In this document: positions 1 to 11,562 of the stretch, in pieces
Numbering within the stretch: position 1 is the first letter of the stretch
Layout: each line of letters starts with the position of its first letter
DNA from: Azolla caroliniana
Taxonomy: Eukaryota > Plantae > Polypodiophyta
DNA length: 64,000 bases
NCBI GenBank assembly: GCA_043228905.1
Contig: JBHGNT010000007.1
Location: 930,001-994,000 of the forward strand
Direction of reading: 5' to 3'
Notes under the pieces: model-generated
Databases searched by the model: none
What the model was told of the DNA's origin: nothing
Seen by the model: the letters and a program-made list of their open reading frames with translations, nothing else
Position numbers and translations under genes: made by a program

Positions 1-1305
1 GTTCGTTCCGGAGTGAAAACCGGGGGGTTGTACCATGTACACCTGTTCCTCAAGGTCACCTTGCAGGAACGCATTCTTTACATCCATTTGATGTAAGTGC
101 CACCCCTTCGCCGCAGTTACTGCCAGCAAAACACGAACGGTCGTCATTTTTGCGACCGGCGCAAACGTCTCATCGTAGTCGATGCCGTGTTTCTGCGCGT
201 AGCCTTTTGCCACTAGTTGAGCCTTGTACCGGTTGACCGAGCCATCGGTGTTGTGCTTGACCTTGTACACCCACCTACACCCGATCGGCTTCACACCTCT
301 TGGTGCGTCAACCAGGTCCCAGGTCTCGTTCTCCGCCAATGCGTGCATCTCTTCCTCCATCGCGGCGCGCCAATTCGCGTCCTTCGCCGCTTCTGCGTAG
401 CTCTCCGGCTCACACACTTCCGCTACACGGGTCATGTATGCATAATGATGCGCCATGTACTCGTTGTAACCGAACCGCACAATTGGGTTCTTTTGGCGAG
501 TAGATCGGCGTAATCTCACATTAGCCGATGTCGAGGCCTTCTCAGTCGACGCGGCCTTCACCTTTAAAGACCCGTCACCGGTTCCCTCGGAGTCGGACTC
601 GCGTCGGTATGACTCGTTCCTTTCCGTGCCGGAATCCGACACCTTCTTCTTCCCTTTCTCTTTGCGCGTAAGCCGTCTCCTCGGCTTCCTGCGTGGGGAA
701 TGCGCGGCCGAGTCTCCACTACTCGCCGGCTCTTCATCGGACTGGTCGTACCGACTCAGTCGTGCAATCGGTCCACTTAACCGGAGTGAAATTGGACTCT
801 CTTCGCGAGTCTCGATTTCAGGCTCATCCGGAGGCATCTCGGCCTCGCTGACCTCATCGTCAGAGCTCGGATGGGAGTCGAGGTTCGTAGTCGGGGGCAG
901 GTACCAGGACGCGGACTCGTCAAACACAACGTCGCGGCTGACACGTGCTTGTTTGTTGCGAGGGTTATAACACTTATAACCCTTCTGCTCGTCCGAGTAA
1001 CCGACCAAGATGCATTTCTCGGCCTTTGCGTCCAGTTTCCTCCTTTTCTCCTTCGGTACATGCACATACGCAATGCTACCGAACACCCTCAAGTGTCGCA
1101 AGTTCGGCTTCGTTCGGAAATATAGCTCGTGCGCCGACACTTTGTCTCCGATCCGGTTCTGGATGTATACCGCGGTCCTTACCGCCTCGGCCCAATAGAA
1201 CTTGGGCAAGCTCTTCTCCTCCAGCATTGCCCGTGCCGCTTCCACAATTGACCGATTCTTTCTCTCGGCCACGCCGTTCTGCTCTGGCGTGTATCTACAA
1301 CTGAA
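1..1305 (-). mobile_element. Ty1/Copia LTR retrotransposon pol fragment (integrase C-half, linker, RT start); runs off the window edge and is truncated mid-integrase at ~1305
   Basis: Minus-strand frame reads [144 protein letters not shown] precedes RT, which is Copia order. I found no stop in the frame. Confidence 0.95.
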
Positions 1306-3040
1306 TGGGTTGAAAAAAATGGTAAGAGAGCTTATGGACAAGCTGGCTTTCGAAAACACCATAGTACCATTGATCATCTTGTCAACCATTCGAGTATTAA
1401 TGGAGGAAAGTTGCCTTAGAGGTAAAGGTTTATATTATTGCTTTGTAGACTTCAAGAAAGCTTTTGATATGGTACCTCATGAGCATCTTTGGAGGCGAAT
1501 GGAATAACTTAGGTGCCAAGTGAATATATGCTTGCAATTTCCCGCATATATGAGAAGGTTATATGTTGTGTGCGTATGAGACATAGACTTTCAGATTTTT
1601 TCAATAGCACTATTGGTGTTAAGCAAGGATGCCCACTTTCACCAACATTATTTTGTCTATGCATTAATTAATTGGAAGAAATGATTACCAAGTTTGCAAA
1701 GGAAGAATGTGTTGAAGACATTGCCATTGGGAATGTTGTGATTATGCTTTTGCTATATGCAAATGATGTAGTGCTTTTTGCAAATACTTTAGGAGATGCA
1801 CAAAAGCTTATGAAGGCATTGGAAAAAATTTGCATGCATACTAAATTAAGTGACAATAGCTCTAAAACAAAGATTATGCTTGTCATGAGCCAAAAAAGAG
1901 ATAAACCATGCATTATGTACAACAATGAGCCACTTTAATGTGTGGAAAGATTGAAATATCTTAGCCTTGAAGTTCCTTCAAATCATAGATGGAATGAATG
2001 GTCAACACGCCGCATAGAAGCAGGTAAACGAGCATACTATGCATTTGAGAACACATGCAATCTTGGAGATATTAAGTGTTGGGTCCTCAAGAAATATATT
2101 TTCGACACTTTGGTGACACCGGCTCTTCTCTATGGGGTGGGAGTATGGGGCGGTAGCATCCCTTAATCTACGTGGAAAGAGTTTGAAAATGTCCAAAAAC
2201 ATTTTCTTACAAAGTTTCTACAAGTTAAGAAACAAACGCCCTACACCCTCCTCCTTGAGACGGGATCACTTCCCATTGAGATCATGTCCATGGAAAGAGT
2301 TGTTGAATATATGATAAGGTTCAAAAAAGCCCTTCTCATTGACTTCCTAGAATTGCATGGGAAGCAAGCAAAAAGATCCAAACAATGCATAAAAGCAAAA
2401 TTTTGTGTTCCAATTGGATGCAAGATATAGAAAAATGGTTTGGTAGATGGGATGCAAGACACTCGCTTCATGATCCATCACTAGATTCCTCGATAATCGA
2501 GGCCTTTTTGCAATGCCAATGTATCATGACATGGGACAAATTTGGAGGCTCACGCGTCACACATTATACTACACATGTTGCACCTAACAACAAAACCATA
2601 TTCTTTGTAGAACATGGAAACTGTATACATCACTACATGTTAGAGCCCATCCTGTTATCTACCATTCGAACCATTGCTTCCATGCAACTTAGCTCACATG
2701 CATTACGATGTGAGACACGGCATTGGGGCACAAGTGATAAGAGTGGTCGGCCATGCACACTTGCCCTAAACAAGTTCGCGAGTCTGAGTACCACACTTTA
2801 ATACAATGCTCTGCCTTTGATCATATTCGACCATGCTTTCCACATCTCTTTGGTCGAGCCCAATCGTTGCACGAATTTCTCTCACAACCACAATGTGCAC
2901 TCTCGATTGCAACATTCATTGGTAAAGTTCTTGAACATCAAGAGTCACTACTCACTTTCACACGTATCACGTGAAATGTAATATTTTTGGTCTCATAGGT
3001 CATATTTGACCTTCAAAGACGATAATATAATCTCTCTCTC
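1305..3040 (+). mobile_element. RTE-clade LINE, 5'-truncated degenerate copy 1 (RT domain to 3' end, (CT)n tail)
   Basis: Interrupted ORFs contain CFVDFKKAFDMVP, GVKQGCPLSPTLF, LLLYANDVVL (YADD), YGVGVWG and LSSHALRCETRHW. Ends in gataatataatctctctctc. Several stops and frameshifts. Confidence 0.9.
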
Positions 3041-3837
3041 TACACACACACTCACTCATGCGCGCACGCACGCACACACATACGAGACATACACATATTT
3101 GGTGGAGACATGATACCTACACACATTGATCAAGGGGTGGAGACATGATACCTACACACACATGATATCTCCATGTTATGCCACATCGGATAGGATATGG
3201 GGTTAATGTTCTGTATGATTCTTAGAGGGGTGTTTGGGATTTCCTCTCCTTGATGAATGATATGGGGAGTATATATCACAACTCTACCAAAAGTATATGG
3301 GATACAAAACTCAAGCCTATAATTGACCTATTGTAGATCCAAGATTGTCTCTTTGTCTATACAAGGAATTATTATATGGGCTTTAGTCTAGATTGTCGAT
3401 GGATGGAATTTTGTAACTGTCAAATATGTATGAATGGAATGCTTTAGTTGAATGATTGGTCCACGTTTATATTTTCTAGAATAGTAGATCGATTGGCCTG
3501 GCATATCTAACCAATGTTTAAGTCTTTTTTTTCTAAAAAGAAGCTACTTTCCCAATAGTTAGGAGAGATTATTACAAAAAGACTATACAAGGTGGCCTGT
3601 ACATAAATCAAGGAATCACCCTCTGATTGAGTTCAAGAATATGAGACTATGTACATAGGCTTTCAAACTGACTACTTAATGTAAGTAGGTACCTATAGCT
3701 ATAAGCTAGTGCCTTGCATCACCGGCCAGTACAAGTTGGATCATGTGGCCTACAACGAAGGGAGGGTGGGAGGTGAGTAGGAAACAACCAACGTGAGGGC
3801 TGGTAGTTCCAACTCGGGCCAAACTGACAGAACACGT

Positions 3838-4030
3838 TGTCGTGAAGATTTTCGACAACGGTGTGAAAATTGTGTGCAACAAACGAAATCGAGAAGGTGC
3901 AATGTGCACGTGTGAAAGGGGTGAAGACCACACACATATGCTAGCATGTTGTAAATAGGATTGAAATAAGAATTGTAAAAGAAAAGCTAGATGTAAAGTT
4001 GAACATGTGCATGTGTGATGTGCGCTCAAT
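3838..4030 (+). mobile_element. Truncated LTR fragment related to the 7436-11562 element
   Basis: Starts tgtcgtgaagattttcgacaacggtgtgaaaa versus tgtcgtgaggattttcggccatagtgagaaaa at 7436. Also shares tgtaaa(a)tagga, atgtaaagt and tgtgatgtgc motifs. Confidence 0.55.
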
Positions 4031-4082
4031 GGTAAATATAAAAATAAGACTAAAGCCTAGTAACATCTAAGTGCATACATAA

Positions 4083-4152
4083 GGGTGGAAGCAAGGCTTG
4101 AACCTTGCACCTCCAAGATAGGAGACAAATTAACTTACCACTAAACGCCACT
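4083..4152 (-). mobile_element. tRNA-derived SINE-like head (Pol III A/B boxes)
   Basis: Reverse complement has A-box-like tggcgtttagtgg and B-box ggttcaagcc at tRNA-like spacing. No valid cloverleaf. Confidence 0.4.
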
Positions 4153-4867
4153 ACTGAGTGCTTTAGAATTTGTATATTTTCTTTTTCATACTCAGTATTT
4201 TGTAGGAAGCAAACTTATAGAAATCGTGGGCACAAAACCATGGTTTTAGCTTGTGGTTTTAACCCATGGTTTCAGCCCGTGGGTTTAGCCCATGGTTTTT
4301 GCATGGAGAGACCTATAAAAGCCTATAGTTGAGCTTGTGTAAGGGAGGCAAGTGATGTAAGTAAAAAAGAAACTTTCAATCAAAGATCTAAGTTATCCTA
4401 ATGGTGATGTATCTTGTCTCATAAAATTAAAATCAAGGGTTCAATCTCTATCTCAATTTCTCTTATCTGTTCATCCTTCTATCTATCTTCAATACTTTCT
4501 GGCTTACGCTGTTAAAAACATCGAATCCTTTCGATCCAAGACCCCAGTTGTTCCATTTTTATAGTAGTAGATGTAGTGGTTGGAGAAATAATATAATAAC
4601 GATATAGAATGAGTGTGGACATATAGGCATGCATGTGTACATACACTACATTACATTTTTTACATACATACTCGGGGGTAGGATATATTTGTCTGTATGT
4701 ATGTATGTTATTTATGTTACGTAGGTGAAAGGAGATTGTAATGGTGTTTGGATTGAGAAGGGAGGAAATGGCTACAGGAAATATGCAACGGAGATGGGTG
4801 GGGTGGAGTTTGTTGTGTAAGGAGACAGAGAGTTCTTGCAGAGATTTTCGCATTATATGGTAACATA

Positions 4868-5789
4868 CTAGTCATAGAAACACTTGTTCCAATCAGAGAT
4901 GGTGAGATACAGAGCGCTTGAGAAGGCCACCACCATTGCGATGAGCCGAATGAAGCTCCACATTTTGTTCCAGCGCTTATTCAGAGGAAACAGTTGTAGA
5001 CTAGTGAGAATAACAACGAAAATGAAGCATAGATATGGCACCTGAAGTGATGTCTGCCCATACTCACGGCTATCGTGATTACCATAAAATACATAGAGGC
5101 CATGAAGGACCCAAGCCACTATATAGTCAAAGACGATTACAGAGCATAGCCGCCAATATCTACTGATAGCTAATGCCCCTGTAGATATTAGTGTCAAAGG
5201 AGGAGGAAGAGGATCGGAATTGTCACAATGTTGACTAATCGTTAGAAATGCAATGGATTGTATCGGCCTTAAGGTGGATGAGGAGAGGTTTCCGAATGTT
5301 GTATGTGATACCGAAGAGATGGGTTACGGCTCTCCTCAGTATAAGGACCACCATAGAAGATGGTGATGGCCTCTATGAGGCTGATGCTTATCCCTGTTTC
5401 CCAGCGCTTGTACACGGTGTACAGAAAGCCGAGAGCTTGGAACAGGAGAACAAGCGTCTCGAACAGAGTGGTGCTCACCGCCGCTTTCGCCTCACTCAAT
5501 ATCGAGCTTCTTCTTCGCCCCGATGAAGCCATGATTTCGAGAGCTGATTTTAATGGCCGATGAGTTGCGCCATCATTATTATTCACCTCTCCTTTGGTGT
5601 TCGTCGAAAGGAGGACTCCCGACTCCAGCAGCTTCAATGTTGCTTCTCTTGTCGTGCCAGTTATGTAGTGCAGCAATCCCATATCCGGTCGCATCTTCAC
5701 TTTCAAGATTGTTGCCTTCTTCACAATATTATAGCTAAGAGGAACCTTGCCCACAATCAAATGATTGTCCTTCACATGAGTATACAAGG
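4868..5789 (-). pseudogene. Decayed exon of a multi-pass membrane protein gene
   Basis: Polypyrimidine tract and AG acceptor precede ~5789. ORF 5787-5269 has hydrophobic FETLVLLFQALGFLYTVYKRWETGISISLIEAITIF. A 1-nt shift continues MVVLILRRAVTHLFGITYNIRKPLLIHL, then stops. More hydrophobic segments occur in ORF 5197-4868. Confidence 0.5.
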
Positions 5790-7435
5790 CTTATTCAAAG
5801 AAAGAGAAGAATATGGGAAGTTACTCAACAATTTAATATACAAACACAAGAGAAAGCACATGCATGTGCTAAATTTTGGGGAAATCTAAAGGGGAAACGT
5901 GTTGAGAGTTATGGGGACTTAACTCTTCATGATTTGTCTATGCATTGTAAGAATTTATATGAGTTATCTCTTGCCGGAGATGATGTGTTATGGTTCTCTT
6001 TCTCATATGTCTCCCTTCTTTACAATTGAAGATATATTCATAGGACTTAAGAAATTGGCCTCTCGAAAGGCAAGCGATCTTCAATGTATAAAGGCTGAAA
6101 TGCTCAAATGGACGGGAAAGGAAGCACGTGTATGGATATGCGATATATTTAATGATGCATTGCAACATGGTATACCTTATGATTGGACTACAAATTGGAT
6201 CAAATCTTTACATAAAGCTGGAGATGTAAATAATGTAAACAACTATAGAACCATCATTGTTGGCTCATTAATGGCAAAACTATTTGGATGTCTAATGGAA
6301 TCAAAGCTAAGTGTATGGGTTGAAAAAAATGGTAAGAGAGCTTATGGATAAGTTGGCTTTCGAAAACACTATAGCACCACTGATCATCTTGTCACCATTC
6401 GAGTATTAATGGAGGAAAGTCGCCTTAGAGGTAAAGGTTTATGTTGTTGCTTTGTAGACTTCAAGAAAGCTTTTGATATCGTACCTTGTGAGCATATTTG
6501 GAGGCGAATAGAAGAACTTGAGGTGCCAAGTGAATATATGCTTGCAATTTCCCGCATATATGAGAAGGTTATATGTTGTGTGCGTATGAGACATAGACTT
6601 TCAGATTTTTTCAATAGCATTATTGATGTTAAGCAAGGATGCCCACTCTCACCAACATTATTTTGTCTATGCATTGATTAATTGGAAGAAATGGTTACCA
6701 AGTTTGCAAAGGAAGAATGTGTTGAAGACATTGCCATTGGGAATGTTGTGATTATACTTTTGTTATATGCAGATGATGTAGTGCTTTTTGCAAGTACTTT
6801 AGGAGATGCACAAAAGCTTATGAAGGCATTGGAAAAAATTTGCATGCATACTAAATTAAATGTAAATAGCTCTAAAACAAATATTATGCTTGTAAAGAGC
6901 CAAAAAAGAGATAAACCATGCATTATGTACAACAATGAGCCACTTTAATGTGTGGAAAGCTTCAAATATCTTGGCCATAAAGTTCCTTCAAATCATAGAT
7001 GGAATGAATGTGCTACATGCCGCTTAGAGGCGGGTAAGAAAGCATATTATGCATTTGAGAACACATGCAATCTTGGAGATATTAAGTGTTGGGTCCTCAA
7101 GAAATATCTTTTTGACACTTTGGTGACCCCGGTTCTTCTCTATGGGGTGGAAGTATGGGGCAGTAGCATCCCTTAATCTACGTGGAAAGAGTTTGAAAAT
7201 GTCCAAAAACATTTTCTTACAAAGTTTCTACAAGTTAAGAAACAAATGCCTTACACCCTCCTCCTCCTTGAGACGGGATCACTTCCCATTGAGTTCATGG
7301 CCATGGAAAGGGTTGTTAAATGCATGCATAGGGTTCAAAAAAGCCCCTCATGATGCATCACTAGATTCCTCAATAAACGAGGCCTTTTTACAACGCAAAT
7401 GTATCATGACATAGGAAAAATGTGGAGGCTCACGC

Positions 7436-8254
7436 TGTCGTGAGGATTTTCGGCCATAGTGAGAAAACCCGAGCGAGACGAATAAAGCGGGATGTGCAAC
7501 ATTGCACATGTACTTAGAGAATTTGTAAAATAGGAATAGGCACTAATGTAAAGTGTAAAATGCACCACAAAAATCATAAAGTGTAAATGTGATGTGCACT
7601 TATGTGTACATGCACTTGTAGACTAATGGGGAGGTACATGAAGTACGGGCGTAGTGAGTAGTGGGCATTGTGTGTGTGTGAGGGGAGAGAGTTAAGGCCC
7701 CATCAATCTAAGATCAAGGGAGATATTCCCCGTTAAAAGAAGGGGATTTGAGTCCTCCTTATGTAATGTGCCCCATGCCCTTACTACTATAAAAGGGAGT
7801 GAGGGGTCACTTTTCAAGGTTTTCCACTTTTGGGTTTTCTTTGGGGGGTCGCCATTTTGTCATTAGAGGTAGACCGTTAGGATTTTCTTCATCATCTTTT
7901 CCCCGATTTCGTTTTAGGATTTCGGTTTTAGGTTCCCCTTTCATATCATTTCCTTTCTCTCGATTAGGGTTTATTTCTTCTTCCTATTCATTTGGGTTTT
8001 CTTCTATTTGTGCTTGAGTCCTGTTTATGGCCGCAGTTGTAATCATATCATGGCTTTCATGCCTTATAGTGTAATTTGTTTGTTGAACCTTGTCTCCAAG
8101 TTCTATTTCTCTATCGTGTTAATCTATTCTTATTTCTCCTCCCCTTTTGAGCTCGAAGGCTGTAAGGGACAAGCTTCCATTTCCCCTCTACTCCCTAGTC
8201 CAAGACCCCCGTGGTCCCGCCCAAGCTGACACGTACTCGCGGATTTCCACGACA
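7436..8254 (+). repeat. 5' LTR (819 bp)
   Basis: TG...CA ends, TATA-like ctataaaaggg near 7787, roughly 95% identical by eye to 10748-11562. Confidence 0.92.
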
Positions 8255-8258
8255 TATT

Positions 8259-8277
8259 TGGTGAACCCGACGTGAAT
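8259..8277 (+). promoter_or_regulatory. Primer-binding site complementary to the 3' end of tRNA-Trp
   Basis: tggtgaacccgacgtgaat is the reverse complement of ...ATTCACGTCGGGTTCA-CCA, the plant cytosolic tRNA-Trp 3' end as I recall it. It starts 5 nt after the LTR end. Confidence 0.85.
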
Positions 8278-8664
8278 GGCGGCAAGGGAGGACGAGGATG
8301 GAAGCTTCATTAGAGGCATACGGGTGCAAGAAACCGAAGGGGAGAAGTCAACATGAGTTCGATCAATGGGTGGCATCGGTGAAGGCCCATCGAAGCGCGA
8401 TGGAAGCATTCCAAGAGTTTGAGTGTCGTTTTGCTCAATTCTCGGAGCGGGATTGGAGATCGGTGGGGGTAGACTAAGTCCTCCTATTTTTTAAGACGGT
8501 CCATCAGGAGGAAAGGATGGACATTTTATTCGAGCTCGAAGATTATCATGGAGCACTCGGCCTCACCGACGATTGGTCCGAAGTGGAGTGGGTATGTCGG
8601 CAACACGATGAGAAGTGGTCAGCCACAACACGGCCCGCGAGTGGCGGAGAAGAGAGGGTGGTGA

Positions 8665-9873
8665 GTGACCACGCACTATCGCCGAAAAGAGAGCTCAACG
8701 CGTAATGGTTCGGAGGAGTTCAACCTAGAAACATTGATACAGGAGGCGTACGAGATCGTGAAGTCAAAGATCGAAGCTGAAGAGGGGTTTATTAAGGAGT
8801 CGGGTCCGAGAGGATCGGAGGATGGGGAGCAATACACCTCCCTACACACGGAGGATGGGGCCTATGTAGAGGCTGAAGAACGGTGGTGGAGTTCGACAGG
8901 AGAGGGTGTGAAGCAAGCCACCCTCTCGGCTTGCGGAGGAAGACCGACCGAGGATAAGGTCGGAATTGGGGAGGCAAAGGTTGCAGGTTCGGAAGAGGTC
9001 CAATGGTTCCCAGCACGGTGGTCCAAAACGTCACACGGAGGAGATGCAAGTGTAATCGGGTCTTGCATAATCCAGGATGAGATGGCCAAGTTTTCAGCGA
9101 GCGATGGTTCCAGGACTTTCCCCACACCAATTCTAGAGACTTCGGCAGTTGGCCCCGAGAGTCGACATGAGACCAAAGAGACGGAAGGTGGCAGTAGGAA
9201 AGTGGAGGACCAAGATGATGACATGGAAGAGGGTGCGAAGCAAGCGACCCTCTCGTCTTGTGGTGAAGGGACAACCATGGATAAGGCCGGGGACTACGAA
9301 GCAATGAGCGCCACTTCGAGAGTGGGTGGAAATTTCGGGACACGATTGCCCGAAACATCAAGCGAGGAGGAGGCTTGTGTAATCGGGAACGGGGTAACCA
9401 CGGAAAACAGCGTCCAAATGGAGGTGGCTATGGATATGACATCAACGAGCGATGGTGTCGAGACTTTGCCCACGCTGGTTTTAGAGACTTCAGCGGTTGG
9501 CCACGAGAGCCCACGTGAAACCAGAGAGACGGAAGGTGGCGGCGACAAAGCGGGCAACCAAGACGAAGACAAGGAGAATGAGGAAGATTGTAGCGTACGG
9601 AGGCGAGATCCCTTGACACCTGTGTCGGAGACTAAGGCGGTTGCGCCCGACTGCCAACATAAGACCGAAGAGACGGCGGGTGGTGGCGAGGAGTTGGAGA
9701 TTGAAGCGGATGACGATGCCGAAGCATGTATCCGGTGCGGAATGACCACAACGAATGGGGGAGAGTCCGACGCGAAGGTCAGGACTACGACGAGTGAAGG
9801 GCGAAAAATTAAGCATGCACTACGGCCGCTTGAGGGCCAAGAAACAAGCATGCACCCGGCAGAGCCGCAATAA
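8665..9873 (+). CDS. Acidic, low-complexity 402-aa ORF with internal repeats inside the LTR element; unknown function
   Basis: ORF track. Rich in E/G/T/S. Repeated blocks EG(V/A)KQATLSxCG and T(P/L)x(L/S)ETxAVx...ETxGG. GTG start, probably a piece of a longer decayed frame. Confidence 0.5.
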   Translation: MTTHYRRKESSTRNGSEEFNLETLIQEAYEIVKSKIEAEEGFIKESGPRGSEDGEQYTSLHTEDGAYVEAEERWWSSTGEGVKQATLSACGGRPTEDKVGIGEAKVAGSEEVQWFPARWSKTSHGGDASVIGSCIIQDEMAKFSASDGSRTFPTPILETSAVGPESRHETKETEGGSRKVEDQDDDMEEGAKQATLSSCGEGTTMDKAGDYEAMSATSRVGGNFGTRLPETSSEEEACVIGNGVTTENSVQMEVAMDMTSTSDGVETLPTLVLETSAVGHESPRETRETEGGGDKAGNQDEDKENEEDCSVRRRDPLTPVSETKAVAPDCQHKTEETAGGGEELEIEADDDAEACIRCGMTTTNGGESDAKVRTTTSEGRKIKHALRPLEGQETSMHPAEPQ

Positions 9874-10747
9874 GTGATCGACGATAGTGGTCGAGGCAAG
9901 TACGGGAAGAAAGATGGTGAGGCGAGGTGCCGAGATTGACAAAACGAGTCGAACGTGATTGGCATGAGTGGAGGGTCGTATATAGGGAAACAGAGGAGGT
10001 GCATGGAGAACGAAGGACTACGCACCAAGAAGAGCAAACACGGCATCCTGAAGGATGGAGGGCTGAGCTTGCCAAGAGGGTGTGCATCAAGACAAAGCGG
10101 TAACGAGAGCCACAAAGGGGACCATGACGGAGAAACCCGACACGGATGTCGGGATGGAGGTGCACTCTACCGTGAGAGAACACCATGGGCAAGGGCGAAA
10201 TGAGGAGCGTGCAATGTTGTCACGCAAGGACCTAGGAACAAGCACGTATTCGGAGTTCGGCATCGATGCGCGGGTAGAGCCTTCGGAAGGCAAGCGCGGA
10301 ACGGAGAGAGATGGCGCGCCGAGGTGCTTGGGACGAGGAGACGGTCAAGCCGAATGAGGAACACATGCGGTACATGAGGGGCGGAATACGACATGTGATC
10401 GGAGTGATTAGGAGTCCAATCAGAGGACATACACGATGGACAACGAAAGAGCAATTGGATCGGCAACATCGTCCGGGGAGTCTACTCCGATTGACCTGGA
10501 AGGACGGTGCGGGTGCCGGATATGGTGGATCAGATGGAGCCCATGGCTCGAAATAATGCGGCGGATACGGCGGATCGGGAGGCTACGGTGGTTCGTATGG
10601 AAAGGATGGGCATGCTCGAAATGGAAGACAAAGTCAAGCAAGGCCAACGAGGATGCGAAGGAACTCGGTTTATCACCATTGCCGAAAATCTCACCTCTTC
10701 TCCTTTCTTGGCACATACCGGTGGATGTGCGGTTTGGTGGGGGCGGA

Positions 10748-11562
10748 TGTCGTGAGGATTTTCGGCCATGGTGAGAAAACCCGAGCGGGACGAATAAAGC
10801 GGGATGTGTAACATTGCACATGTACTTAGAGAATTTGTAAAATAGGAATAGGCACTAATGTAAAGTGTAAAGTGCACCACAAAAATCATAAAGTGTAAAT
10901 GTGATGTGCACTTATGTGTACATGCACTTGTAGACTAATGGGGAGGTACATGAAGTACGGGCGTCGTGAGTAGTGGGCATAGTGTGTGTGCGAGGGGAGA
11001 GAGTTAAGGCCCCATCAATCTAAGATCAAGGGAGATATTCCCCATTAAAAGAAGGGGATTTGACTCCTCCTCATGTAATGTGCCTCACCCCCTTACTACT
11101 ATAAAAGGGAGTGAGGGGTCACTTTTCAAGGTTTTCCACTTTTGGGTTTTCTTTGGGGGGTCGCCATTTTGTCATTCGAGGTAGACCATTAGGATTTTCT
11201 TCATCATCTTTTCCCCGATTTCGTTTTAGGATTTCGGTTTTAGGTTCCCCTTTCATATCATTTCCTTTCTCTCGATTAGGGTTTATTTCTTCTTCCTATT
11301 CATTTGAATTTTCTTCTATTTGTGCTTGAGTCCAGCTTATGGCCGCAGTTGTAATCATATCATGGCTTTCATGCCTTATAGTGTAATTTGTTTGTTGAAC
11401 CTTGTCTCCTTCTATTTCTCTATCATGTTAATCTCTTCTTCTCTCTCCTCCCCTTTTGAGCTCGAAGGCCGTAAGGGATAAGCTCCCATTTCCCCTCTAC
11501 TCCCTAGTCCAAGACCCCCGTGGTCCCGCCAAGCTGATACATACTCACGGATTTCCGCGACA
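10748..11562 (+). repeat. 3' LTR (815 bp)
   Basis: Direct repeat of 7436-8254, preceded by the PPT, ends gcgaca. Confidence 0.92.

Larger units (their letters stand above)
7436..11562 (+). mobile_element. Non-autonomous LTR retroelement (Gypsy-related, no pol) with tRNA-Trp PBS
   Basis: Two ~815-bp direct repeats (7436-8254, 10748-11562) bounded by TGTCG...CGACA. PBS at 8259-8277. G-rich PPT ggtttggtgggggcgga immediately before the 3' LTR. It splits the LINE at ggctcacgc|. No PR/RT/RH/INT motifs in the 2.5-kb interior. Confidence 0.9.

Noticed and set aside
4235-4305. Short repeated units ((a)gcccatggtttt-like) as a CRISPR-like array
   Set aside because: A degenerate ~13-bp minisatellite without unique spacers, in a eukaryotic context with no cas genes.
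1669-7176. Shared TAA stops in both RTE copies as possible U-to-C editing or readthrough sites
   Set aside because: Context (CID*LEE, EPL*CVE, IP*STW) suggests GAA/AAA ancestors rather than CAA. Reverse editing is organellar, and both copies carry other disabling lesions.
7799-8017. Twice-occurring 72-aa ORF (also at 11111-11329)
   Set aside because: It lies in the T-rich part of the two LTRs, so LTR identity explains the duplication. GTG start and F/S-rich low complexity.
9294-10115. 273-aa and other antisense ORFs within the LTR element interior
   Set aside because: They are S/P/L-rich mirror images of the purine-rich sense frame with no independent motif.
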